The notes beneath the pieces are model-generated. The model was not told the DNA's origin. It worked only from the letters and a program-made list of their open reading frames with translations, and did no database searches. Shown in pieces: positions 27,101 through 41,300 of a stretch of DNA of 64,000 nt. The stretch covers positions 4,340,001 through 4,404,000 of the forward strand of contig OZ059894.1 of NCBI GenBank assembly GCA_964057225.1. Direction: 5' to 3'. Every line of letters begins with the position of its first letter. The first letter of the stretch is position 1. The translations under genes and the position numbers were made by a program. Origin of the DNA: Auanema rhodensis. Its lineage: Eukaryota > Animalia > Nematoda.

Positions 27101-29192
27101 AATTATTTTGAAATTTTTCGAAAAAGTTTTGTCAAAATGTTTTTGGAAGCAATGTTGAGTGTACATGGAAACTCAACATACACTAATGCATCATTTTTCA
27201 AACGATCATAACTAATTTTTGTATTAAGCGTTTCTTAATGTAGTATAGTGCATTCGATGCGGATTTTTAAGCTGCATCGATCTGTGTTATCAGATTTGCG
27301 CTAGCTTAAAAATGCACCGAGATATCAACTGATATAAGTTCACACTTATATCCTCGATTTTCACCCTGAAGAATTAATTTTTTCGTTGAATAACAATGTC
27401 CATCGTCTTCGCCTTGAAAAAAAAAATCTAAAAACATCTACTTTTTGCTAAATTATTTTGAAATTTTTCGAAAAAATTTTTGTCAAAATGTTTTTGGAAG
27501 CAATGTTGAGTGTACATGGAAACTCAACATACACTAATTCATCATTTTTCAAACGATCATAACTAATTTTTGTATTGAGCGTTTCTCAATGTAGTATAGT
27601 GCATTCGATGCGGATTTTTAAGCTGCATCGATCTGTGTTATCAAATTTGCGCTAGCTTAAAAATGCACCGAGATATCAACTGATATAAGTTCACACTTAT
27701 ATCCTCGATTTTCACCCTGAAGAATTAATTTTTTCGTTGAATAACAATGTCCATCGTCTTTGCCTCAAAAAAAGGTATCTAAAAACGTCTACTTTTTGCT
27801 AAATTATTTTGAAATTTTTCGAAAAAATTTTTGTCAAAATGTTTTTGGAAGCAATGTTGAGTGTACATGGAAACTCAACATACACTAATGCATCATTTTT
27901 CAAACGATCATAACTAATTTTTGTATTAAGCGTTTCTTAATGTAGTATAGTGCATTCGATGCGGATTTTTAAGCTGCGTCGATCTGTTTTATCAGATTTG
28001 CGCTAGCTTAAAAATGCACCGAGATATCAACTGATATAAGTTCACACTTATATCCTCGATTTTCACCCTGAAGAATTAATTTTTTCGTTGAATAACAATG
28101 TCCATCGTCTTCGCCTTAAAGAAAGGTATCTAAAAACATCTACTTTTTGCTAAATTATTTTGAAATTTTTCGAAAAAATTTTTGTCAAAATGTTTTTGGA
28201 AGCAATGTTGAGTGTACATGGAAACTCAACATACACTAATGCATCATTTTTCAAACGATCATAACTAATTTTTGTATTAAGCGTTTCTCAATGTAGTATA
28301 GTGCATTCGATGCGGATTTTTAAGCTGCATCGATCTGTGTTATCAGATTTGCGCTAGCTTAAAAATGCACCGAGATATCAACTGATATAAGTTCACACTT
28401 ATATCCTCGATTTTCACCCTGAAGAATTAATTTTTTCGTTGAATAACAATGTCCATCATCTTTGCCTCAAAAAAAGGTATCTAAAAACATCTACTTTTTG
28501 CTAAATTATTTTGAAATTTTTCGAAAAAATTTTTGTCAAAATGTTTTTGGAAGCAATGTTGAGTGTACATGGAAACTCAACATACACTAATGCATCATTT
28601 TTCAAACGATCATAACTAATTTTTGTATTAAGCGTTTCTTAATGTAGTATAGTGCATTCGATGCGGATTTTTAAGCTGCGTCGATCTGTTTTATCAGATT
28701 TGCGCTAGCTTAAAAATGCACCGAGATATCAACTGATATAAGTTCACACTTATATCCTCGATTTTCACCCTGAAGAATTAATTTTTTCGTTGAATAACAA
28801 TGTCCATCGTCTTCGCCTTAAAAAAAAGGTATCTAAAAACATCTACTTTTTGCTAAATTATTTTGAAATTTTTCGAAAAAATTTTTGTCAAAATGTTTTT
28901 GGAAGCAATGTTGAGTGTACATGGAAACTCAACATACACTAATGCATCATTTTTCAAACGATCATAACTAATTTTTGTATTAAGCGTTTCTCAATGTAGT
29001 ATAGTGCATTCGATGCGGATTTTTAAGCTGCGTCGATCTGTTTTATCAGATTTGCGCTAGCTTAAAAATGCACCGAGATATCAACTGATATAAGTTCACA
29101 CTTATATCCTCGATTTTCACCCTGAAGAATTAATTTTTTCGTTGAATAACAATGTCCATCGTCTTTGCCTCAAAAAAAGGTATCTAAAAACG
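3160..29192. repeat. Variant domain B (M10 to first part of M84)
   Basis: AACAATG, GGTATC and CTGTTTTATC are confined to this interval. CTTCGCC, GCTGCATC and AATTCATC are concentrated here and are rare or absent to the right of 29.2 kb. Confidence 0.9.
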
Positions 29193-29332
29193 TCTACTTT
29201 TTGCTAAATTATTTTGAAATTTTTCGAAAAAATTTTTGTCAAAATGTTTTTGGAAGCAATGTTGAGTGTACATGGAAACTCAACATACACTAATGCATCA
29301 TTTTTCAAACGATCATAACTAATTTTTGTATT

Positions 29333-32300
29333 GAGCGTTTCTCAATGTAGTATAGTGCATTCGATCCGGATTTTTAAGCTGCGTCGATCTGTGTTATCAG
29401 ATTTGCGCTAGCTTAAAAATGCACCGAGATATCAACTGATATAAGTTCACACTTATATCCTCGATTTTCACCCTGAAGAATTAATTTTTTCGTTGAATAA
29501 CATTGTCCATCGTCTTTGCCTTGAAAAAAGGAATTTAAAAACATCTACTTTTTGCTAAATTATTTTGAAATTTTTCGAAAAAATTTTTGTCAAAATGTTT
29601 TTGGAAGCAATGTTGAGTGTACATGGAAACTCAACATACACTAATGCATCATTTTTCAAACGATCATAACTAATTTTTGTATCGAGCGTTTCTCAATGTA
29701 GTTTAGTGCATTCGATGCGGATTTTTAAGCTGCGTCGATCTGTGTTATCAGATTTGCGCTAGCTTAAAAATGCACCGAGATATCAACTGATATAAGTTCA
29801 CACTTATATCCTCGATTTTCACCCTGAAGGAATGATTTTTTCGTTGAATAACATTGTCCATCGTCTTTGCCATGAAAAAAGGAATCTAAAAACATCTACT
29901 TTTTGCTAAATTATTTTGAAATTTTTCGAAAAAATTTTTGTCAAAATGTTTTTGGAAGCAATGTTGAGTGTACATGGAAACTCAACATACACTAATGCAT
30001 CATTTTTCAAACGATCATAACTAATTTTTGTATTAAGCGTTTCTCAATGTAGTATAGTGCATTCGATGCGGATTTTTAAGCTGCGTCGATCTGTGTTATC
30101 AGATTTGCGCTAACTTAAAAATGCACCGAGATATCAACTGATATAAGTTCACACTTATATCCTCGATTTTCACCCTGAAGGAATAATTTTTTCGTTGAAT
30201 AACATTGTCCATCGTCTTTGCCTTGAAAAATGGAATCTAAAAACATCTACTTTTTGCTAAATTATTTAAAAATTTTTCGAAAAAATTTTTGTCAAAATGT
30301 TTTTGGAAGCAATGTTGAGTGTACATGGAAACTCAACATACACTAATGCATCATTTTTCAAACGATCATAACTAATTTTTGTATCAAGCGTTTCTCAATG
30401 TAGTTTAGTGCATTCGATGCGGATTTTTAAGCTGCGTCGATCTGTGTTATCAGATGTGCGCTAGCTTAAAAATGCACCGAGATATCAACTGATATAAGTT
30501 CACACTTATATCCTCGATTTTCACCCTGAAGGAATAATTTTTTCGTTGAATAACATTGTCCATCGTCTTTGCCTTGAAAAATGAAATCTAAAAACATCTA
30601 CTTTTTGCTAAATTATTTTGAAATTTTTCGAAAAAATTTTTGTCAAAATGTTTTTGGAAGCAATGTTGAGTGTACATGGAAACTCAACATACACTAATGC
30701 ATCATTTTTCAAACGATCATAACTAATTTTTGTATTAAGCTTTTCTCAATGTAGTTTAGTGCATTCGATGCGGATTTTTGAGCTGCGTCGATCTGTGTTA
30801 TCAGATTTGCGCTAGCTTAAAAATGCACCGAGATATCAACTGATATAAGTTCACACTTATATCCTCGATTTTCACCCTGAAGGAATGATTTTTTCGTTGA
30901 ATAACATTGTCCATCGTCTTTGCCATGAAAAAAGGAATCTAAAAACATCTACTTTTTGCTAAATTATTTTGAAATTTTTCGAAAAAATTTTTGTCAAAAT
31001 GTTTTTGGAAGCAATGTTGAGTGTACATGGAAACTCAACATACACTAATGCATCATTTTTCAAACGATCATAACTAATTTTTGTATTAAGCGTTTCTCAA
31101 TGTAGTATAGTGCATTCGATGCGGATTTTTAAGCTGCGTCGATCTGTGTTATCAGATTTGCGCTAGCTTAAAAATGCACCGAGATATCAACTGATATAAG
31201 TTCACACTTATATCCTCGATTTTCACCCTGAAGGAATAATTTTTTCGTTGAATAACATTGTCCATCGTCTTTGCCTTGAAAAATGGAATCTAAAAACATC
31301 TACTTTTTGCTAAATTATTTTAAAATTTTTCGAAAAAATTTTTGTCAAAATGTTTTTGGAAGCAATGTTGAGTGTACATGGAAACTCAACATACACTAAT
31401 GCATCATTTTTCAAACGATCATAACTAATTTTTGTATCAAGCGTTTCTCAATGTAGTTTAGTGCATTCGATGCGGATTTTTAAGCTGCGTCGATCTGTGT
31501 TATCAGATGTGCGCTAGCTTAAAAATGCACCGAGATATCAACTGATATAAGTTCACACTTATATCCTCGATTTTCACCCTGAAGGAATAATTTTTTCGTT
31601 GAATAACATTGTCCATCGTCTTTGCCTTGAAAAATGAAATCTAAAAACATCTACTTTTTGCTAAATTATTTTGAAATTTTTCGAAAAAATTTTTGTCAAA
31701 ATGTTTTTGGAAGCAATGTTGAGTGTACATGGAAACTCAACATACACTAATGCATCATTTTTCAAACGATCATAACTAATTTTTGTATTGAGCGTTTCTC
31801 AATGTAGTATAGTGCATTCGATCCGGATTTTTAAGCTGCGTCGATCTGTGTTATCAGATTTGCGCTAGCTTAAAAATGCACCGAGATATCAACTGATATA
31901 TGTTCACACTTATATCCTCGATTTTCACCCTGAAGAATTAATTTTTTCGTTGAATAACATTGTCCATCGTCTTTGCCTTGAAAAAAGGAATTTAAAAACA
32001 TCTACTTTTTGCTAAATTATTTTGAAATTTTTCGAAAAAATTTTTGTCAAAATGTTTTTGGAAGCAATGTTGAGTGTACATGGAAACTCAACATACACTA
32101 ATGCATCATTTTTCAAACGATCATAACTAATTTTTGTATCAAGCGTTTCTCAATGTAGTATAGTGCATTCGATGCGGATTTTTAAGCTGCGTCGATCTGT
32201 GTTATCAGATTTGCGCTAGCTTAAAAATGCACCGAGATATCAACTGATATAAGTTCACACTTATATCCTCGATTTTCACCCTGAAGGAATAATTTTTTCG

Positions 32301-35300
32301 TTGAATAACATTGTCCATCGTCTTTGCCTTGAAAAATGGAATCAAAAAACATCTACTTTTTGCTAAATTATTTTGAAATTTTTCGAAAAAATTTTTGTCA
32401 AAATGTTTTTGGAAGCAATGTTGAGTGTACATGGAAACTCAACATACACTAATGCATCATTTTTCAAACGATCATAACTAATTTTTGTATTAAGCGTTTC
32501 TCAATGTAGTGTAGTGCATTCGATGCGGATTTTTAAGCTGCGTCGATCTGTGTTATCAGATTTGCGCTAGCTTAAAAATGCACCGAGATATCAACTGATA
32601 TAAGTTCACACTTATATCCTCGATTTTCACCCTGAAGGAATGATTTTTTCGTTGAATAACATTGTCCATCGTCTTTGCCATGAAAAAAGGAATCTAAAAA
32701 CATCTACTTTTTGCTAAATTATTTTGAAATTTTTCGAAAAAATTTTTGTCAAAATGTTTTTGGAAGCAATGTTGAGTGTACATGGAAACTCAACATACAC
32801 TAATGCATCATTTTTCAAACGATCATAACTAATTTTTGTATTAAGCGTTTCTCAATGTAGTGTAGTGCATTCGATGCGGATTTTTAAGCTGCGTCGATCT
32901 GTGTTATCAGATTTGCGCTAGCTTAAAAATGCACCGAGATATCAACTGATATAAGTTCACACTTATATCCTCGATTTTCACCCTGAAGGAATGATTTTTT
33001 CGTTGAATAACATTGTCCATCGTCTTTGCCATGAAAAAAGGAATCTAAAAACATCTACTTTTTGCTAAATTATTTTGAAATTTTTCGAAAAAATTTTTGT
33101 CAAAATGTTTTTGGAAGCAATGTTGAGTGTACATGGAAACTCAACATACACTAATGCATCATTTTTCAAACGATCATAACTAATTTTTGTATTAAGCGTT
33201 TCTCAATGTAGTGTAGTGCATTCGATGCGGATTTTTAAGCTGCGTCGATCTGTGTTATCAGATTTGCGCTAACTTAAAAATGCACCGAGATATCAACTGA
33301 TATAAGTTCACACTTATATCCTCGATTTTCACCCTGAAGGAATAATTTTTTCGTTGAATAACATTGTCCATCGTCTTTGCCTTGAAAAATGGAATCTAAA
33401 AACATCTACTTTTTGCTAAATTATTTTAAAATTTTTCGAAAAAATTTTTGTCAAAATGTTTTTGGAAGCAATGTTGAGTGTACATGGAAACTCAACATAC
33501 ACTAATGCATCATTTTTCAAACGATCATAACTAATTTTTGTATCAAGCGTTTCTCAATGTAGTTTAGTGCATTCGATGCGGATTTTTAAGCTGCGTCGAT
33601 CTGTGTTATCAGATGTGCGCTAGCTTAAAAATGCACCGAGATATCAACTGATATAAGTTCACACTTATATCCTCGATTTTCACCTTGAAGGAATGATTTT
33701 TTCGTTGAATAACATTGTCCATCGTCTTCGCCATGAAAAAAGAAATCTAAAAACATCTACTTTTTGCTAAATTATTTTGAAATTTTTCGAAAAAATTTTT
33801 GTTAAAATGTTTTTGGAAGCAATGTTGAGTGTACATGGAAACTCAACATACACTAATGCATCATTTTTCAAACGATCATAACTAATTTTTGTATTGAGCG
33901 TTTCTCAATGTAGTATAGTGCATTCGATCCGGATTTTTAAGCTGCGTCGATCTGTGTTATCAGATTTGCGCTAGCTTAAAAATGCACCGAGATATCAACT
34001 GATATAAGTTCACACTTATATCCTCGATTTTCACCCTGAAGAATTAATTTTTTCGTTGAATAACATTGTCCATCGTCTTTGCCATGAAAAAAGGAATCTA
34101 AAAACATCTACTTTTTCCTAAATTATTTTGAAATTTTTCGAAAAAATTTTTGTCAAAATGTTTTTGGAAGCAATGTTGAGTGTACATGGAAACTCAACAT
34201 ACACTAATGCATCATTTTTCAAACGATCATAACTAATTTTTGTATCAAGCGTTTCTCAATGTAGTTTAGTGCATTCGATGCGGATTTTTAAGCTGCGTCG
34301 ATCTGTGTTATCAGATTTGCGCTAGCTTAAAAATGCACCGAGATATCAACTGATATAAGTTCACACTTATATCCTCGATTTTCACCCTGAAGGAATGATT
34401 TTTTCGTTGAATAACATTGTCCATCGTCTTTGCCATGAAAAAAGGAATCTAAAAACATCTACTTTTTGCTAAATTATTTTGAAATTTTTCGAAAAAATTT
34501 TTGTCAAAATGTTTTTGGAAGCAATGTTGAGTGTACATGGAAACTCAACATACACTAATGCATCATTTTTCAAACGATCATAACTAATTTTTGTATTAAG
34601 CGTTTCTCAATGTAGTATAGTGCATTCGATGCGGATTTTTAAGCTGCGTCGATCTTTGTTATCAGATTTGCGCTAACTTAAAAATGCACCGAGATATCAA
34701 CTGATATAAGTTCACACTTATATCCTCGATTTTCACCCTGAAGGAATAATTTTTTCGTTGAATAACATTGTCCATCGTCTTTGCCTTGAAAAATGAAATC
34801 TAAAAACATCTACTTTTTGCTAAATTATTTTGAAATTTTTCGAAAAAATTTTTGTCAAAATGTTTTTGGAAGCAATGTTGAGTGTACATGGAAACTCAAC
34901 ATACACTAATGCATCATTTTTCAAACGATCATAACTAATTTTTGTATTGAGGGTTTCTCAATGTAGTATAGTGCATTCGATCCGGATTTTTAAGCTGCGT
35001 CGATCTGTGTTATCAGATTTGCGCTAGCTTAAAAATGCACCGAGATATCAACTGATATAAGTTCACACTTATATCCTCGATTTTCACCCTGAAGAATTAA
35101 TTTTTTCGTTGAATAACATTGTCCATCGTCTTTGCCTTGAAAAAAGGAATTTAAAAACATCTACTTTTTGCTAAATTATTTTGAAATTTTTCGAAAAAAT
35201 TTTTGTCAAAATGTTTTTGGAAGCAATGTTGAGTGTACATGGAAACTCAACATACACTAATGCATCATTTTTCAAACGATCATAACTAATTTTTGTATCA

Positions 35301-38300
35301 AGCGTTTTTCAATGTAGTATAGTGCATTCGATGCGGATTTTTAAGCTGCGTCGATCTGTGTTATCAGATTTGCGCTAACTTAAAAATGCACCGAGATATC
35401 AACTGATATAAGTTCACACTTATATCCTCGATTTTCACCCTGAAGGAATAATTTTTTCGTTGAATAACATTGTCCATCGTCTTTGCCTTGAAAAATGGAA
35501 TCTAAAAACATCTACTTTTTGCTAAATTATTTTAAAATTTTTCGAAAAAATTTTTGTCAAAATGTTTTTGGAAGCAATGTTGAGTGTACATGGAAACTCA
35601 ACATACACTAATGCATCATTTTTCAAACGATCATAACTAATTTTTGTATTGAGCGTTTCTCAATGTAGTATAGTGCATTCGATCCGGATTTTTAAGCTGC
35701 GTCGATCTGTGTTATCAGATTTGCGCTAGCTTAAAAATGCACCGAGATATCAACTGATATAAGTTCACACTTATATCCTCGATTTTCACCCTGAAGAATT
35801 AATTTTTTCGTTGAATAACATTGTCCATCGTCTTCGCCTTGAAAAAAGGAATTTAAAAACATCTACTTTTTGCTAAATTATTTTGAAATTTTTCGAAAAA
35901 ATTTTTGTCAAAATGTTTTTGGAAGCAATGTTGAGTGTACATGGAAACTCAACATACACTAATGCATCATTTTTCAAACGATCATAACTAATTTTTGTAT
36001 CAAGCGTTTTTCAATGTAGTATAGTGCATTCGATGCGGATTTTTAAGCTGCGTCGATCTGTGTTATCAGATTTGCGCTAACTTAAAAATGCACCGAGATA
36101 TCAACTGATATAAGTTCACACTTATATCCTCGATTTTCACCCTGAAGGAATAATTTTTTCGTTGAATAACATTGTCCATCGTCTTTGCCTTGAAAAATGG
36201 AATCTAAAAACATCTACTTTTTGCTAAATTATTTTAAAATTTTTCGAAAAAATTTTTGTCAAAATGTTTTTGGAAGCAATGTTGAGTGTACATGGAAACT
36301 CAACATACACTAATGCATCATTTTTCAAACGATCATAACTAATTTTTGTATTGAGCGTTTCTCAATGTAGTATAGTGCATTCGATTCGGATTTTTAAGCT
36401 GCGTCGATCTGTGTTATCAGATTTGCGCTAGCTTAAAAATGCACCGAGATATCAACTGATATAAGTTCACACTTATATCCTCGATTTTCACCCTGAAGAA
36501 TTAATTTTTTCGTTGAATAACATTGTTCATCGTCTTTGCCTTGAAAAAAGGAATTTAAAAACATCTACTTTTTGCTAAATTATTTTGAAATTTTTCGAAA
36601 AAATTTTTGTCAAAATGTTTTTGGAAGCAATGTTGAGTGTACATGGAAACTCAACATACACTAATGCATCATTTTTCAAACGATCATAACTAATTTTTGT
36701 ATCAAGCGTTTTTCAATGTAGTATAGTGCATTCGATGCGGATTTTTAAGCTGCGTCGATCTGTGTTATCAGATTTGCGCTAACTTAAAAATGCACCGAGA
36801 TATCAACTGATATAAGTTCACACTTATATCCTCGATTTTCACCCTGAAGGAATAATTTTTTCGTTGAATAACATTGTCCATCGTCTTTGCCTTGAAAAAT
36901 GGAATCTAAAAACATCTACTTTTTGCTAAATTATTTTAAAATTTTTCGAAAAAATTTTTGTCAAAATGTTTTTGGAAGCAATGTTGAGTGTACATGGAAA
37001 CTCAACATACACTAATGCATCATTTTTCAAACGATCATAACTAATTTTTGTATTGAGCGTTTCTCAATGTAGTATAGTGCATTCGATCCGGATTTTTAAG
37101 CTGCGTCGATCTGTGTTATCAGATTTGCGCTAGCTTAAAAATGCACCGAGATATCAACTGATATAAGTTCACACTTATATCCTCGATTTTCACCCTGAAG
37201 AATTAATTTTTTCGTTGAATAACATTGTCCATCGTCTTTGCCTTGAAAAAAGGAATTTAAAAACATCTACTTTTTGCTAAATTATTTTGAAATTTTTCGA
37301 AAAAATTTTTGTCAAAATGTTTTTGGAAGCAATGTTGAGTGTACATGGAAACTCAACATACACTAATGCATCATTTTTCAAACGATCATAACTAATTTTT
37401 GTATCAAGCGTTTCTCAATGTAGTATAGTGCATTCGATGCGGATTTTTAAGCTGCGTCGATCTGTGTTATCAGATTTGCGCTAGCTTAAAAATGCACCGA
37501 GATATCAACTGATATAAGTTCACACTTATATCCTCGATTTTCACCCTGAAGAATTAATTTTTTCGTTGAATAACATTGTCCATCGTCTTTGCCTTGAAAA
37601 CAGGAATCTAAAAACATCTACTTTTTGCTAAATTATTTTGAAAATTTTCGAAAAAATTTTTGTCAAAATGTTTTTGGAAGCAATGTTGAGTGTACATGGA
37701 AACTCAACATACACTAATGCATCATTTTTCAAACGATCATAACTAATTTTTGTATTGAGCGTTCCTCAATGTAGTATAGTGCATTCGATGCGGATTTTTA
37801 AGCTGCGTCGATCTGTGTTATCAGATTTGCGCTAGCTTAAAAATGCACCGAGATATCAACTGATATAAGTTCACACTTATATCCTCGATTTTCACCCTGA
37901 AGAATTAATTTTTTCGTTGAATAACATTGTCCATCGTCTTTGCCTTGAAAAAAGGAATCTAAAAACATCTACTTTTTGCTAAATTATTTTGAAATTTTTC
38001 GAAAAAATTTTTGTCAAAATGTTTTGGAAGCAATGTTGAGTGTACATGGAAACTCAACATACACTAATGCATCATTTTTCAAACGATCATAACTAATTTT
38101 TGTATCAAGCGTTTCTCAATGTAGTATAGTGCATTCGATGCGGATTTTTAAGCTGCGTCGATCTGTGTTATCAGATTTGCGCTAGCTTAAAAATGCACCG
38201 AGATATCAACTGATATAAGTTCACACTTATATCCTCGATTTTCACCCTGAAGAATTAATTTTTTCGTTGAATAACATTGTCCATCGTCTTTGCCTTGAAA

Positions 38301-41300
38301 ACAGGAATCTAAAAACATCTACTTTTTGCTAAATTATTTTGAAATTTTTCGAAAAATTTTTGTCAAAATGTTTTTGGAAGCAATGTTGAGTGTACATGGA
38401 AACTCAACATACACTAATGCATCATTTTTCAAACGATCATAACTAATTTTTGTATTGAGCGTTCCTCCATGTAGTATAGTGCATTCGATGCGGATTTTTA
38501 AGCTGCGTCGATCTGTGTTATCAGATTTGCGCTAGCTTAAAAATGCACCGAGATATCAACTGATATAAGTTCACACTTATATCCTCGATTTTCACCCTGA
38601 AGAATTAATTTTTTCGTTGAATAACATTGTCCATCGTCTTTGCCTTGAAAAAAGGAATCTAAAAACATCTACTTTTTGCTAAATTATTTTGAAATTTTTC
38701 GAAAAAATTTTTGTCAAAATGTTTTTGGAAGCAATGTTGAGTGTACATGGAAACTCAACATACACTAATGCATCATTTTTCAAACGATCATAACTAATTT
38801 TTGTATCAAGCGTTTCTCAATGTAGTTCAGTGCATTCGATGCGGATTTTTAAGCTGCGTCGATCTGTGTTATCAGATTTGCGCTAGCTTAAAAATGCACC
38901 GAGATATCAACTGATATAAGTTCACACTTATATCCTCGATTTTCACCCTGAAGGAATGATTTTTTCGTTGAATAACATTGTCCATCGTCTTTGCCATGAA
39001 AAAAGGAATCTAAAAACATCTACTTTTTGCTAAATTATTTTGAAATTTTTCGAAAAAATTTTTGTCAAAATGTTTTTGGAAGCAATGTTGAGTGTACATG
39101 GAAACTCAACATACACTAATGCATCATTTTTCAAACGATCATAACTAATTTTTGTATTAAGCGTTTCTCAATGTAGTATAGTGCATTCGATGCGGATTTT
39201 TAAGCTGCGTCGATCTGTGTTATCAGATTTGCGCTAGCTTAAAAATGCACCGAGATATCAACTGATATAAGTTCACACTTATATCCTCGATTTTCACCCT
39301 GAAGAATTAATTTTTTCGTTGAATAACATTGTCCATCGTCTTTGCCTTGAAAAAAGGAATCTAAAAACATCTACTTTTTGCTAAATTATTTTGAAATTTT
39401 TCGAAAAATTTTTGTCAAAATGTTTTTGGAAGCAATGTTGAGTGTACATGGAAACTCAACATACACTAATGCATCATTTTTCAAACGATCATAACTAATT
39501 TTTGTATTGAGCGTTCCTCCATGTAGTATAGTGCATTCGATGCGGATTTTTAAGCTGCGTCGATCTGTGTTATCAGATTTGCGCTAGCTTAAAAATGCAC
39601 CGAGATATCAACTGATATAAGTTCACACTTATATCCTCGATTTTCACCCTGAAGAATTAATTTTTTCGTTGAATAACATTGTCCATCGTCTTTGCCTTGA
39701 AAAAAGGAATCTAAAAACATCTACTTTTTGCTAAATTATTTTGAAATTTTTCGAAAAAATTTTTGTCAAAATGTTTTTGGAAGCAATGTTGAGTGTACAT
39801 GGAAACTCAACATACACTAATGCATCATTTTTCAAACGATCATAACTAATTTTTGTATCAAGCGTTTCTCAATGTAGTTCAGTGCATTCGATGCGGATTT
39901 TTAAGCTGCGTCGATCTGTGTTATCAGATTTGCGCTAGCTTAAAAATGCACCGAGATATCAACTGATATAAGTTCACACTTATATCCTCGATTTTCACCC
40001 TGAAGAATTAATTTTTTCGTTGAATAACATTGTCCATCGTCTTTGCCTTGAAAAAAGGAATCTAAAAACATCTACTTTTTGCTAAATTATTTTGAAATTT
40101 TTCGAAAAAATTTTTGTCAAAATGTTTTTGGAAGCAATGTTGAGTGTACATGGAAACTCAACATACACTAATGCATCATTTTTCAAACGATCATAACTAA
40201 TTTTTGTATCAAGCGTTTCTCAATGTAGTTCAGTGCATTCGATGCGGATTTTTAAGCTGCGTCGATCTGTGTTATCAGATTTGCGCTAGCTTAAAAATGC
40301 ACCGAGATATCAACTGATATAAGTTCACACTTATATCCTCGATTTTCACCCTGAAGGAATGATTTTTTCGTTGAATAACATTGTCCATCGTCTTTGCCAT
40401 GAAAAAAGGAATCTAAAAACATCTACTTTTTGCTAAATTATTTTGAAATTTTTCGAAAAAATTTTTGTCAAAATGTTTTTGGAAGCAATGTTGAGTGTAC
40501 ATGGAAACTCAACATACACTAATGCATCATTTTTCAAACGATCATAACTAATTTTTGTATTAAGCGTTTCTCAATGTAGTATAGTGCATTCGATGCGGAT
40601 TTTTAAGCTGCGTCGATCTGTGTTATCAGATTTGCGCTAGCTTAAAAATGCACCGAGATATCAACTGATATAAGTTCACACTTATATCCTCGATTTTCAC
40701 CCTGAAGAATTAATTTTTTCGTTGAATAACATTGTCCATCGTCTTTGCCTTGAAAAAAGGAATCTAAAAACATCTACTTTTTGCTAAATTATTTTGAAAT
40801 TTTTCGAAAAATTTTTGTCAAAATGTTTTTGGAAGCAATGTTGAGTGTACATGGAAACTCAACATACACTAATGCATCATTTTTCAAACGATCATAACTA
40901 ATTTTTGTATTGAGCGTTCCTCCATGTAGTATAGTGCATTCGATGCGGATTTTTAAGCTGCGTCGATCTGTGTTATCAGATTTGCGCTAGCTTAAAAATG
41001 CACCGAGATATCAACTGATATAAGTTCACACTTATATCCTCGATTTTCACCCTGAAGAATTAATTTTTTCGTTGAATAACATTGTCCATCGTCTTTGCCT
41101 TGAAAAAAGGAATCTAAAAACATCTACTTTTTGCTAAATTATTTTGAAATTTTTCGAAAAAATTTTTGTCAAAATGTTTTTGGAAGCAATGTTGAGTGTA
41201 CATGGAAACTCAACATACACTAATGCATCATTTTTCAAACGATCATAACTAATTTTTGTATCAAGCGTTTCTCAATGTAGTTCAGTGCATTCGATGCGGA

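Noticed and set aside
32205-32432. 75-aa minus-strand ORF
   Set aside because: A private T>A SNP at 32344 removes the TAG found in other monomers. It has no coding hallmarks.
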